Of a stretch of 64,000 bases of DNA, positions 10,699 through 20,575 are shown piece after piece; positions within the stretch are counted from its first letter, which is position 1; the number at the start of each line of letters is the position of its first letter. This DNA is from a bacterium (GTDB lineage: Bacteria; Pseudomonadota; Alphaproteobacteria; Rickettsiales; RI-342). The stretch lies in the NCBI GenBank assembly GCA_016124905.1, contig WGMV01000002.1, positions 1,257 to 65,256 on the forward strand. The letters are read 5' to 3'. The notes beneath the pieces are model-generated. The model saw only the letters and a list, made by a program, of their open reading frames with translations. It did no database searches and was not told where the DNA came from. Made by a program: the position numbers and the translations under genes.

Positions 10699-11306
10699 GC
10701 CGCTTTTACTTCCGTCTCTTGCATGGAAGGTCGCTTGCTGAACGCCGCATACCATTCCGCCAGTTTGGGATTCGCTTTGCGCCAGTCAATCGACGGATGC
10801 CGCAAATCCAGATAATAAAGCGCCGAGCCAAGCGTGATCATATCCAGCGTCAACGGATTACTGTCATAATCCAGCGTCTCTTCAATATACGCAAGCGTCC
10901 GCCCAATCGCATCGCGCTGCCGTTGTGCCCAGCCGTCCCACTGCTTGTCTTCCGGGCGCCGCCCTTCGATGGTCAGCTTCACCGCCGCCTGCAAAATACC
11001 GTTAGCGATAAAATCCCGCCGCAGCACCTCGATGCGCTCCTTCGGCGTATTGGGAATGATGTTCGGCTCCGGCTTGATCATGTCCAGATATTCGCAAATC
11101 ACGTAACTATCGTGATACCGCACCCCGTCATCCGCCACCAGCACAGGTATCAGCCCGATCGGCGCCACGGCAAGGAACGCCGCATCATTGTTCAGCGGCA
11201 TGGTCGGCACCAGCTCCAGCGGAATCTTCTTTTCATGCGCCAGCACGCGCACACGCCGCGCAAAAGGGGAGGCTTCGGAATAATAGAGCTTCATGTTTCT
11301 CTCCAC
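10695..11306 (-). CDS. glutathione S-transferase family protein
   Basis: Thioredoxin-like N-domain MKLYYSEASPFARRVRVLAHEKKIPLELV followed by a helical C-domain. Its 3' end overlaps the preceding convergent gene by 4 nt. Confidence 0.8.
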   Translation of the reverse strand: MERNMKLYYSEASPFARRVRVLAHEKKIPLELVPTMPLNNDAAFLAVAPIGLIPVLVADDGVRYHDSYVICEYLDMIKPEPNIIPNTPKERIEVLRRDFIANGILQAAVKLTIEGRRPEDKQWDGWAQRQRDAIGRTLAYIEETLDYDSNPLTLDMITLGSALYYLDLRHPSIDWRKANPKLAEWYAAFSKRPSMQETEVKAA

Positions 11307-11341
11307 TGAATGACCGGAAGAGACTACGTCGCCAGCTTTGC

Positions 11342-12598
11342 TTACGCAAACAGGTATTTACCGTCCGTATGGCTCGGCACCACGGCGATGATCTCACCCG
11401 GCTGCGCCTGCCCGCTCAGCTTGAACTCCGCAAATTGCGCATTCCGCGCCATGCCGTGCTGCTCCACCAGCACCTGCTGCGACGTGCCAACCAGACCAGT
11501 GAGATAAGCACCCAACCGCGCCTGCCCCTTCTCCCGCAGCCGCGCCGCGCGTTCCTTCCGCACCGCCAGCGGTACGGACGGCATCTTGGCCGCGGGCGTG
11601 CCCGGGCGCTCCGAATACGGGAACACATGCAAATAGGTCAGCCCGCATTCATCCACGATATCCAGGCTCTTCTGAAACATTTCTTCCGTCTCCGTCGGAA
11701 ACCCCGCGATGATATCCGCGCCGAACATCATCTCCGGTCTTAAGGAGCGCATCTCCTCGCAAAAACGAATCGCATCCTCGCGCAAATGGCGGCGCTTCAT
11801 GCGCTTCAGCGTCAAATTATCCCCCGCCTGTAACGACACATGCAGATACGGCATCAACCGCTCATTCTCGGCGAACAGCCGCTTCAAATCCTCATCCACT
11901 TCCACCGCATCGATGGAAGATAAACGCAACCGCGGCAGTTCCGGCAATTCTTCCAGCAGGCTTTTCAACAACTGCCCAAGCGTGGGTGTACCCGGCAGAT
12001 CCTTGCCATAATCGCTCACATCCACGCCCGTGATGACGATCTCGCGAAAGCCTTTTTCCAGCAATTGCCGTGCGCCGCTCACCACCTGGCTCACCGGCAC
12101 GCTGCGGCTGTTGCCGCGACCATAGGGAATGATGCAGAAGGTGCAGCGGTGGTTGCAGCCGTTCTGCACCTGCATGAAGGCGCGCGTGCGGCTGCCCATG
12201 CCGTCCATCATGTGCAGCGCCGTCTCCGTGACGGACATGATATCATTCACCAGAATGGGCGTCTGCTCCGCCGCTTGGCTGTTCAGCGCAAGGTAGGTCT
12301 CCGGCTTCAGCTTCTCCTCATTGCCCACCACCGCATCCACCTCCGGCATGTCGGCATATTGCTCGGGGTGAATCTGCGCCGCGCAGCCCGTCACGATGAT
12401 GCGTGTCTCCGGCTGTTCACGCTTCAGTTTGCGGATGCTCTGGCGCAGCTGGCGCTCGGCCTCAGCCGTCACGGCACAACTGTTGATCACCACCGTGCTT
12501 TCCATGCCCGCCGCGCGCATGTGCCCTTCCATCACCTCGCTTTCATAAGCATTGAGGCGGCAACCGAAGCTCATAACGGGCGATGCGTTGCGTGACAT
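11342..12598 (-). CDS. mtaB: MiaB-like tRNA methylthiotransferase (MtaB type)
   Basis: UPF0004 N-domain (FGCRLNAYES ... NSCAVT), radical-SAM CNHRCTFC, and a C-terminal TRAM-like segment. Confidence 0.85.
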   Translation of the reverse strand: MSRNASPVMSFGCRLNAYESEVMEGHMRAAGMESTVVINSCAVTAEAERQLRQSIRKLKREQPETRIIVTGCAAQIHPEQYADMPEVDAVVGNEEKLKPETYLALNSQAAEQTPILVNDIMSVTETALHMMDGMGSRTRAFMQVQNGCNHRCTFCIIPYGRGNSRSVPVSQVVSGARQLLEKGFREIVITGVDVSDYGKDLPGTPTLGQLLKSLLEELPELPRLRLSSIDAVEVDEDLKRLFAENERLMPYLHVSLQAGDNLTLKRMKRRHLREDAIRFCEEMRSLRPEMMFGADIIAGFPTETEEMFQKSLDIVDECGLTYLHVFPYSERPGTPAAKMPSVPLAVRKERAARLREKGQARLGAYLTGLVGTSQQVLVEQHGMARNAQFAEFKLSGQAQPGEIIAVVPSHTDGKYLFA

Positions 12599-12658
12599 GG
12601 TAAACCAAAAGGTGAAGCCCGCTTCTAGGGGCGTATCAAGACAGCTTAATGACAGGGA

Positions 12659-13510
12659 TTAAGCAACTGCCGATAGAGTATTTTCATCAATAATGCCAGA
12701 AAAACTGGTCTCCGCCGGGCCTTCCATCCATACGGGATGCTCCGTGTCACCCATTCCGCCCTGCCAGGCCACCTGCAAATCTCCGCCCGGCAGGGTCACG
12801 GTCATCTGCGGCTCCACCAGCCCCTGCAGCCGCGCGGCCACGGCCGTGGCGCAAGCCGCCGTGCCGCAGGCCAGCGTCGCACCCGCCGCGCGCTCCCACA
12901 CACGAATCACCACATGTTCCCGGCTCACCACCTTGGCCCAGGTGATATTGGCCTTTTCAGGAAAAAACGGGTGATTTTCCATCTTCGGGCCCCATTCTTC
13001 CACATCCACCGCCGCCACATCCTTGACGAACATCACCGCATGCGGGTTGCCCATATTCACCATGATGGCAGGCGGAAATGCCGAAAACAAGGTGAAGGGC
13101 TCACCCGGTTCAATGGCTTTGGAAACGGGAATATGCTCCCAGTCCAGCACCGGCACGCCCATATCCAGCTGCACCACATGTTCCACCGAGCCGCGATAGG
13201 CTTTGATCAACCGCCCGCCCACATCAAGAATCACCTCATCCTGCCGCTTCTCACGCATCAGCAGGTCGGCCACGCAGCGGGTGGCATTGCCGCAGGCGCC
13301 CACTTCGCCACCATCGGGGTTAAAAATGCGCATGCTCACCGCCGCCCGCTGCGATGGCTGCAGCACAATCAACTGGTCGCAGCCGATGCCATAGCGACGG
13401 TCCGCAATCCAGCGATATTGCATCGGGGTGAGGCGCACGGCCTTCAGCCGCGCATCCAGCACGACAAAGTCATTGCCAAGCCCGTGCATTTTCAGGAATG
13501 GAAGCGGCAT
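12659..13510 (-). CDS. dapF: diaminopimelate epimerase
   Basis: MHGLGNDFVVLD plus two active-site Cys contexts, GACGNATRC and LACGTAACA. Confidence 0.9.
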   Translation of the reverse strand: MPLPFLKMHGLGNDFVVLDARLKAVRLTPMQYRWIADRRYGIGCDQLIVLQPSQRAAVSMRIFNPDGGEVGACGNATRCVADLLMREKRQDEVILDVGGRLIKAYRGSVEHVVQLDMGVPVLDWEHIPVSKAIEPGEPFTLFSAFPPAIMVNMGNPHAVMFVKDVAAVDVEEWGPKMENHPFFPEKANITWAKVVSREHVVIRVWERAAGATLACGTAACATAVAARLQGLVEPQMTVTLPGGDLQVAWQGGMGDTEHPVWMEGPAETSFSGIIDENTLSAVA

Positions 13511-13519
13511 CGCGCCCCC

Positions 13520-15025
13520 TTATTGTTTCCACGTGAGGACGGGGTTCTTCGCCGCCTTCACCTCATCCAGACGTCGGCGCGGCGCGCTGACGGGGTTCTG
13601 CTTCAGTGCTTCGCCGCGGCCTTCATTCACCTCGGTGGCGATCCAGCGCATGGTGTTGATGAACTCATCAATGCTCTCGCGCGTTTCGGATTCCGTCGGC
13701 TCGATCAGCATCGCGCCCTGCACCATCAGCGGGAAATAGACCGTCATCGGGTGGAAGCCATATTCCACCAGCGTCTTGGCGATATCCATGGTGGAAATGC
13801 CTTTTTCCTTCTGCTTCTTATCGGTCAGCAGGCACTCATGCATGCAGATGCCGTCAAATGGTACATGGTACAGATCATGCAGCTTGGCGCGGATGTAATT
13901 GGCGTTCAACACCGCATCTTCCGATGCCTGGCGAATACCCTCGCCACCATGCGCCATCATGTAGGTCAACGCACGCACGGCCATGCCGAAATGGCCATGG
14001 AAACCTTTGATACGGCCGATGCTGTGTTTCGCTTCGGTCTCCAGCGCATAGAGATCGCCTTTTTTCACAATGCGCGGCACAGGCAGAAATTCCGCCAGTT
14101 CCTTGCGCACCGCCACCGGCCCATGGCCCGGGCCACCGCCACCATGCGGGGTGGAGAAGGTTTTGTGCAGGTTGAAATGCATCACATCCACGCCAAAATC
14201 CGCCGGGCGCACACGGCCCGCAATGGCGTTGAAGTTGGCGCCGTCGCAATAGAAATACGCACCCTTTTCATGCAGCAGATCCGCCAGCGCATGGGCCATC
14301 GGCTCAAATTTCCCACCCGTGTTAGGGTTGGTCAGCATCATCGCCGCCACATCCTCATTCACCAGTGTCTTGGCCACGTCAAAATTCACATGCCCCTGTG
14401 CGTCGGTCGGGATAGTTTCAATCTCATAGCCACAAATGGCGGCAGTGGCAGGGTTGGTGCCATGTGCACTGTCAGGCACCAGCACTTTTTTGCGCGGCTT
14501 GCCCTTCACCTCATGCGCCTTGCGGATCACCATCATCCCGGCGAATTCGCCATGCGCACCGGCGGCCGGCGCCAGCGTCACCCCCGGCAGGCCGGACATC
14601 TCGGCCAGCCAATGCTGAAGCTCGTACATCAGCTCAAGCGCACCCTGCGCGGTCGCCTCCGGCTGAAGCGGATGGATATTGGCAAACCCGTTCAAACGCG
14701 CCATTTTCTCATTCAGGCGCGGGTTATGCTTCATCGTGCAGGAACCGAGCGGGAAAAACCCGGTGTCGATGGAATAATTCTGCTGCGACAAGCGCACAAA
14801 ATGACGGATTACCTGAGGTTCCGTCACTTCCGGCAGGCCGATTTCAGCGCGTGTTTCCACTCCAAGGCGCCCCTTGCTTTTGCCGGAAAGCTCCGGCAAA
14901 TCCACACCGCAGCGGCCTTTCTCGCTCTGATCAATCAGTAGGCCCTCTTCCATCAGAAGGCCACGATGCCCGGGCAATTCACCGGCGGGTTTCACCGCGT
15001 TGCGTGTGTCGTTCGCGGGCGTCAT
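13520..15025 (-). CDS. gcvPB: glycine dehydrogenase (decarboxylating) subunit 2
   Basis: PLGSCTMKHN and the PLP site HFNLHKTFSTPHGGGGPG. ATG 15025 has an AGGA 9 nt upstream and sits 13 nt after the gcvPA stop. The ORF-track start at 15067 would overlap gcvPA. Confidence 0.9.
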   Translation of the reverse strand: MTPANDTRNAVKPAGELPGHRGLLMEEGLLIDQSEKGRCGVDLPELSGKSKGRLGVETRAEIGLPEVTEPQVIRHFVRLSQQNYSIDTGFFPLGSCTMKHNPRLNEKMARLNGFANIHPLQPEATAQGALELMYELQHWLAEMSGLPGVTLAPAAGAHGEFAGMMVIRKAHEVKGKPRKKVLVPDSAHGTNPATAAICGYEIETIPTDAQGHVNFDVAKTLVNEDVAAMMLTNPNTGGKFEPMAHALADLLHEKGAYFYCDGANFNAIAGRVRPADFGVDVMHFNLHKTFSTPHGGGGPGHGPVAVRKELAEFLPVPRIVKKGDLYALETEAKHSIGRIKGFHGHFGMAVRALTYMMAHGGEGIRQASEDAVLNANYIRAKLHDLYHVPFDGICMHECLLTDKKQKEKGISTMDIAKTLVEYGFHPMTVYFPLMVQGAMLIEPTESETRESIDEFINTMRWIATEVNEGRGEALKQNPVSAPRRRLDEVKAAKNPVLTWKQ

Positions 15026-15038
15026 GTCAATGTCCTGA

Positions 15039-16316
15039 TTAAAGGCTGTTGCGGAGTGCGCTGGCATAGGCTGCTATATCGGCTTGAGTGGTCATTTCGG
15101 TTGCGGCAACCAGCAGGTGGTTGCCTTCCAGCGGGTGGCCCGCCACGATGTTATGCTTTTCCATCAGCACGTCCCTAAGTTGACGGGCGTCCTTGGGGGT
15201 TTCGATCACAAATTCATTGAAAAAACTCTGGTTCACCACCTTCACACCTGGCACGGCGGCCAGCGCATCGGCCAACTCGCAGGCGCGTTCATGATTCAGC
15301 AGGGCAAGCTTTTTAAAGCCGACCTCCCCAAGCAACGAGGCATGCACCGTGAAGGCCAGCGCCATCAAGCCCTGGTTACTGCAGATGTTGGAGGTCGCCT
15401 TCTCACGGCGGATATGCTGCTCGCGCGTGCTCAATGTCAGCACGAATCCGGGCTTGCCGTCCGCATCTTCCGTGCGGCCGCACAGGCGGCCCGGCATCTG
15501 GCGCAGATATTCATTTTTGGAGGCAAAAAAGCCGAGATGCGGCCCGCCGTAATTCATGCCCACGCCGATGCTTTGCGCCTCACCCAGCACGATATCGGCC
15601 ATGGCAGGGGCAGGCAGCGCGCCCAGCGCCAGAATCTCGGTTACGCATACGATCATCTTCGCGCCCACCTTGTCGCAGGCTACGCGCACCGCTTTCAGGT
15701 CAGGAATATTGCCGTGATAATCCGGATATTGCACCACCACGGCCGCCGTCTTGTCGCTGATGGCGTCAAAGCCGGTCACCGTACCGCCCTGCTCCATCCA
15801 GTAGGTATTGGTCACACCGGCATAGTCCGGGTGCAATGCGCCAAACACGGCATATTCCGTGCGCTTGGTCAGGCGTCGTGCCATCAGCACGGCCTCGGCC
15901 AGCGCTGTGGCACCGTCATACATGGAGGCATTCGCCACATCCATACCGGTCAACGCGGCGATGATGCTCTGATATTCAAAAATCACCGTCAGCGTACCTT
16001 GGGCGATTTCCGGCTGATAGGGCGTATAGGCGGTCAAAAATTCCGACCGCTGGATCACCATGTCTACCGTTGCCGGCACATGGTGATAATAGCAGCCAGC
16101 CCCAAGGAAAAACGGTCCCGCATTCGCCGCGCGGTTCTTCGACGCCAGCTTCCCGAGCTTGGATTCGATCTCGATTTCCCCCATGCCCGCAGGCAGGTCG
16201 ATTTTCGCATTCCGCGCCTTTTCCGGCACGGCCTGGTACAAATCATCGATGGATTTCACGCCGATTTCGGCGAGCATGTCCTTGCGGACGGCGGCGGTAT
16301 GGGGATGAAAGCGCAT
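15039..16316 (-). CDS. gcvPA: glycine dehydrogenase (decarboxylating) subunit 1
   Basis: LGAGCYYHHVPA and YTPYQPEIAQGTL. It sits directly between gcvH and gcvPB. Confidence 0.9.
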   Translation of the reverse strand: MRFHPHTAAVRKDMLAEIGVKSIDDLYQAVPEKARNAKIDLPAGMGEIEIESKLGKLASKNRAANAGPFFLGAGCYYHHVPATVDMVIQRSEFLTAYTPYQPEIAQGTLTVIFEYQSIIAALTGMDVANASMYDGATALAEAVLMARRLTKRTEYAVFGALHPDYAGVTNTYWMEQGGTVTGFDAISDKTAAVVVQYPDYHGNIPDLKAVRVACDKVGAKMIVCVTEILALGALPAPAMADIVLGEAQSIGVGMNYGGPHLGFFASKNEYLRQMPGRLCGRTEDADGKPGFVLTLSTREQHIRREKATSNICSNQGLMALAFTVHASLLGEVGFKKLALLNHERACELADALAAVPGVKVVNQSFFNEFVIETPKDARQLRDVLMEKHNIVAGHPLEGNHLLVAATEMTTQADIAAYASALRNSL

Positions 16317-16317
16317 A

Positions 16318-16710
16318 TCAGGCGATTTCTTTCAGATATTGTTCATATTCCTCAGCATCCATCATGTCCTCAAGTTCGGACTCATCCTCGATGCGAATTT
16401 TGGCGATCCACCCCTGATCATACGGGGACTGGTTGATAAGCTCCGGAGAAGAGGAAAGCTCCTCATTCACCGCCAGCACCTCGCCGCTCACCGGCGCATA
16501 CACCTCGCTGGCCGCCTTGACGGATTCCACCACGGCGAATTCCTTATGCTGCTTCAGCAGCGCGCCGACGGCCGGAAGCTCCACAAACACGAGATCTCCA
16601 AGGGATTCCTGTGCATAATGCGTGATACCGGCAACGGCGGTATTGGCGGTGACCTTCAGCCACTCATGCTCTTTAGTGTAATAGAGACCCTCGGGAACCG
16701 TGGATGTCAT
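16318..16710 (-). CDS. gcvH: glycine cleavage system H protein
   Basis: Lipoyl-lysine motif VESVKAASEVYAPVSGEV. Length is 130 aa. Confidence 0.93.
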   Translation of the reverse strand: MTSTVPEGLYYTKEHEWLKVTANTAVAGITHYAQESLGDLVFVELPAVGALLKQHKEFAVVESVKAASEVYAPVSGEVLAVNEELSSSPELINQSPYDQGWIAKIRIEDESELEDMMDAEEYEQYLKEIA

Positions 16711-16741
16711 AAAATGCGAACCTCCAGTTTTCTATCAAGAA

Positions 16742-17857
16742 TTAGGCGACATTGCGTTTGCGTACCTGGTAAAACGGCATGCCGACCTTCTGCGCGGCGA
16801 GGCGTTTACCACGAACTTCTGCGTAGAGCAATTGGGCGCTGGCGGCAATATCCGACTTCACATACCCCATCGCAATGGATTTTTGCAGCGAAGGCGAAAA
16901 CCCGCCGCTGCACACTTCACCCACCGGCTGTTCCCCGGCTTTCGGCTCGGCACTGAGGAACAGCGGCGCTCCCTCGCGCACCACGCCCCGGTCATTCAGT
17001 ATCAGGCCGATGCGCTGGCGTTTCGGCTTGTCTGCCAGTTCCGCACGGATGACATCCGCCCCGTGATAATCCTTGTTATCCTTGGCAATAACCCAGGAAA
17101 GTCCGCCTTCCACCGGCGTAATATCTTCCGAGAGATCGTGCCCGTAAAGCGGATAGCCCATCTCCAGGCGCAAACTGTCACGCGCGCCCAGGCCGATCGG
17201 GTTCACCTCGGGCTCTTTCAGCAATCCATTCCACAAATCCGGCGCATTCACATCCGGCAGGCTCACTTCAAATCCGTCTTCACCCGTGTAACCGGTGCGG
17301 CTGACCAGCACCTGCACGCCGCTTTTCAACACAACGGTCGTGGCATTCATGTATTTCAACGCGGAAAGATCGCCCTCTTTCAGCTGGCGCTGCAACACGG
17401 CCTCGGCTTTCGGCCCCTGCACGGCGATCAGCGAACGCTCCGTAAACCGCTCAAGCGTTGCATCTCCCACCAGATGCTTGGCAATCCAGGCCTCATCCCC
17501 TTCCTTCCGGGAGGCATTTACCACCAGGTAAAATGTCTCATCCCCAAGCCGCGTCACGATCAAATCGTCAATGACCCCGCCCTTTTCATTGGTCAGCACC
17601 GTATATTTGCACTTGCCAAGCGGCAGAGCCTTGAAGCCCGACGGCGTCAGATGTTCCAGAATATCCGCCGCCGCGCTGCCTTTCAGGATGAGCTGGCCCA
17701 TATGGGAGACATCGAAAATCCCGGCCTCGCTGCGCACCCATTCATGCTCCTTCATGATGCCGAGCGGGTATTGGATGGGCATGTTATAGCCCGCAAATTC
17801 CACCATTTTGGCGTTAGCCTGCTGGTGGGCCTGGGTAAGCGCAGTGTTCTGAACCAT
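16742..17857 (-). CDS. gcvT: aminomethyltransferase (glycine cleavage T protein)
   Basis: KMVEFAGYNMPIQY and RTGYTGEDGFEVS. I take the start at MVQNTALT (ATG 17857). The ORF-track extension to 17956 runs into an AT-rich leader. Confidence 0.9.
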   Translation of the reverse strand: MVQNTALTQAHQQANAKMVEFAGYNMPIQYPLGIMKEHEWVRSEAGIFDVSHMGQLILKGSAAADILEHLTPSGFKALPLGKCKYTVLTNEKGGVIDDLIVTRLGDETFYLVVNASRKEGDEAWIAKHLVGDATLERFTERSLIAVQGPKAEAVLQRQLKEGDLSALKYMNATTVVLKSGVQVLVSRTGYTGEDGFEVSLPDVNAPDLWNGLLKEPEVNPIGLGARDSLRLEMGYPLYGHDLSEDITPVEGGLSWVIAKDNKDYHGADVIRAELADKPKRQRIGLILNDRGVVREGAPLFLSAEPKAGEQPVGEVCSGGFSPSLQKSIAMGYVKSDIAASAQLLYAEVRGKRLAAQKVGMPFYQVRKRNVA

Positions 17858-17932
17858 GTTAACCTCTTCTGAAGGAGGTCTAATGTCACCCTCCGCCCCC
17901 AAAATGCAAGCATAATATCCATGCAAATAACG

Positions 17933-17952
17933 CATAATTCCATGTGGAATTA
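17933..17952. promoter_or_regulatory. 9-bp inverted repeat ataattcca-tg-tggaattat in the gcvT / ORFan-688 divergent spacer (candidate operator)
   Basis: Read directly. It lies in the most AT-rich stretch of the window, 76-95 nt upstream of gcvT ATG 17857. No cognate regulator is identified. Confidence 0.3.
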
Positions 17953-18043
17953 TCATGTAACTGTCACCAATCCTTAAGATGGGTGTGATAGGCTGAAACC
18001 ATAGGGAGAGTAACGAATATGACGATCTGTTGGACGATACGGG

Positions 18044-20110
18044 ATGGTGTCAGCTACTGTTGATCATTCCCCCATGCAAACAGATACGCCGCCCATGGCA
18101 CCACGGGACGGCGACGGGAGAGGCCCTAACTCTCCGTATTTAAAAGACAAAACCTACTACCACATTGAAAACACTGCCCCCTCCGGCCGGAATCACCCCC
18201 TTCATGAAACCTACATGAAAGGCATGAAATGGGGCCAGGCGGCGGAAACCGTGGCCACCACCATGGCCCTGCGCCGCAGCGTCGGCACCGTGGTTCAGGC
18301 GGCCGTGAACAAATATACGGTCGAATCCTTCAAAACCGACGATACCGGCGCTCCCTTGCGCCAACAGGCTCCCGCCAGGCTCATCCGCGGCGCGGCGGAT
18401 GTTATGGATAAAGGCTATGATGCGCTTTTCGGCAAGGATCGCTCCCGTTATGAAATAACCGAGGAAGGCCGCAAGGCGCTGGGCATCCGCGCCGATGTGA
18501 CCGACGAAGCCATTGAAAAAGGCTATTTTCGCAAACGTTTCTACAACCTCCATAAAGAAGAGAAGGATATACCGGACGAAGCCCGTCCGCAGCACCGCGC
18601 CAAGAGCTACGGCCGCCGCTTTATGGAAATCTCGACCGATTTCGCCTGCATGGGCCAGGCGGATTATGTCGTCAACCGCCTCTACCTGGCCGCCAAGGAC
18701 GGGCTCCGCTACATCCACCACAACAACGATCCCGCATTCCGCAATTCCCCCGAATTTGCCGAATGGAAAAAGAAACAAAGCCTGCCGCGCGCCATCGGTA
18801 AAATCGGCTATGACATGGTTGAAAACGCCATCCGCGGCGATTTCACCTACGATTATTTCATCGGTATCTTCTACACCCCCATCAAGGAATTCTTCAGCCG
18901 CAAGCGCTCCAGCGAAAACAGCGAGCTGAAAAACACCCACATCCACTACAACATCCCCTTCGTGGCCTATAACTGGATCGGCATGCTCGTCTGGCAGGAT
19001 TTGCTGGTGGACTGGTGGCTGCGCCCGAGCCAGAGCAAACTGCGCGAATACATGCACGCTCAGCCCGAGCGCGAAAGCAAAGGCCTGGGCAGGCTCTGGA
19101 ACGGCCTGGTGGATATCGCCAGCTTTTGCGCCGTCCGCACTTTCCAGATCGGCACCGCCATGTACCCTGCCGTGTCCGTCGGTTTTTCTCCCGGCCGCCA
19201 TTACGGCGAAATGGCCGCCAAGGAACTGAAGGAAGCCCGTGATCACATGCTGATCGAGCGGCTATTTACCGAGCTGCCCCTCCGAATGCAGGAGATATGT
19301 AAAAAAAAGAGCATCGACCTGCCGCTTGATAAGCTTCAGCTTGATACCCTTCATCCCCAGTTGGAAAAAACCCCGCAAAATCTCCGCACCGCTTTTGAAG
19401 AGCGTGAAAAACTGCTGATGGACCATCTGGCCCTGCGCCTGCCCGCCGCCGTGCATGACGAGCTGTTGCAGGCGCGTGAGCAGATTTCCAAAAGCTTCTT
19501 CGAGGAATGCCTCCACGAACAGTCCAAATCCGTCACTCACGCTTTTTATAAGGACTATATCAACGGCGATCGCCCGGTGGATGCCATCAGAAAGCCGGAA
19601 AACCTGAAAATCGAGCAGCAGCAGGGCAAGCCCGGCCTGTTGGATGATGTGAATGACAGCCTGGTCGCCATGCAGGACGAAGTGGGCCATCAGGTAAAAA
19701 AATACACGGCGCTTCATTCCGCCGGCCTGCAAGGGCTTTTCCTGGCGGAACTCAACGTCCGCAACGCTCTCACGCATCAGGAAGCCACCGCCGAGCAGTA
19801 TAAATCCCGCGTGGAACTGGCCGATGCCTCCGCCGAGCGCTATGCCGGTTACGCCCCCTATTTCGCGCTGAAACGCACCTTCACCGATTTCACCTGGAAA
19901 GACCCAAGCGTAAACCTGGTGAGCCAGGCCGTTTCCTGGGTGCTCGACCACTTGAAACTGGGCGACAAGGCCAACCACAACCTTGCAACCGGCGCCGGAC
20001 AGGAAAACAGCCACAACGCCATGCGGCACGACCCGCAACTGGCCCAGTCCGCCGCTCAACACTTGCCCGAACAGGCGCTTAAGGCTAACAACGCCCCGCA
20101 ACATTCGTAA
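18044..20110 (+). CDS. large hypothetical protein (688 aa), no recognisable family
   Basis: Long uninterrupted ORF with the window's typical codon pattern. It has a central hydrophobic cluster (IPFVAYNWIGMLVWQDLLVDWWL; LVDIASFCAVRTFQIGTAMYPAVSVGF) between hydrophilic N- and C-terminal regions. I saw no catalytic motif. The start is uncertain (ATG 18044 or 18074). Confidence 0.7.
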   Translation: MVSATVDHSPMQTDTPPMAPRDGDGRGPNSPYLKDKTYYHIENTAPSGRNHPLHETYMKGMKWGQAAETVATTMALRRSVGTVVQAAVNKYTVESFKTDDTGAPLRQQAPARLIRGAADVMDKGYDALFGKDRSRYEITEEGRKALGIRADVTDEAIEKGYFRKRFYNLHKEEKDIPDEARPQHRAKSYGRRFMEISTDFACMGQADYVVNRLYLAAKDGLRYIHHNNDPAFRNSPEFAEWKKKQSLPRAIGKIGYDMVENAIRGDFTYDYFIGIFYTPIKEFFSRKRSSENSELKNTHIHYNIPFVAYNWIGMLVWQDLLVDWWLRPSQSKLREYMHAQPERESKGLGRLWNGLVDIASFCAVRTFQIGTAMYPAVSVGFSPGRHYGEMAAKELKEARDHMLIERLFTELPLRMQEICKKKSIDLPLDKLQLDTLHPQLEKTPQNLRTAFEEREKLLMDHLALRLPAAVHDELLQAREQISKSFFEECLHEQSKSVTHAFYKDYINGDRPVDAIRKPENLKIEQQQGKPGLLDDVNDSLVAMQDEVGHQVKKYTALHSAGLQGLFLAELNVRNALTHQEATAEQYKSRVELADASAERYAGYAPYFALKRTFTDFTWKDPSVNLVSQAVSWVLDHLKLGDKANHNLATGAGQENSHNAMRHDPQLAQSAAQHLPEQALKANNAPQHS

Positions 20111-20119
20111 AAAGCAGTC

Positions 20120-20548
20120 ATGAACTCACGCGTGATCATCACCCGCCGTGTGGAATTCGACGCCGCGCACCGCCTGCGTGAGCACGAATCCAAATGCCGC
20201 CATGTGCATGGCCACCGCTATGTGGTGGAAGCCAGCTTCAGCGCGCCGGAACTGGATAAGATAGGCCGCGTGGTGGATTTCGGCATCCTGAAGGAAAAAC
20301 TCCAGACCTGGATCGACGCCAACTGGGACCACACCATCATCCTCCACCAGGATGACAAGGAACTGGGGCGCTTCATCGACGGCCATACCGGCCAGACCAG
20401 CTTTTACATGCCCTGCAACCCCACTGCCGAGAATATGGCCGCCTTCCTGGCCGAGCTCTGCCGTAAGGAGCTGTTTGCCAGCGAGGGCATCGAACTGGTG
20501 TCGCTCAAGCTCTTCGAAACCCCGAATTGCAGCGCCACCGTCTGCTAA
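20120..20548 (+). CDS. queD: 6-carboxy-5,6,7,8-tetrahydropterin synthase
   Basis: PTPS-fold signature RVEFDAAHRL ... CRHVHGHRYVVEA. Length is 142 aa. Confidence 0.88.
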   Translation: MNSRVIITRRVEFDAAHRLREHESKCRHVHGHRYVVEASFSAPELDKIGRVVDFGILKEKLQTWIDANWDHTIILHQDDKELGRFIDGHTGQTSFYMPCNPTAENMAAFLAELCRKELFASEGIELVSLKLFETPNCSATVC

Positions 20549-20575
20549 AAACGGGAGCACATAGCGCAACGGGCC

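Noticed and set aside
17858-18043. A glycine riboswitch was expected upstream of gcvT.
   Set aside because: I read the minus strand and found none of the conserved aptamer words (GGAGAG…ACCGAAGG-GCAA…CTCAGGCAAAAGGAC). I report it as an absence (see the finding at 17858-18043). A covariance-model search is needed for certainty.
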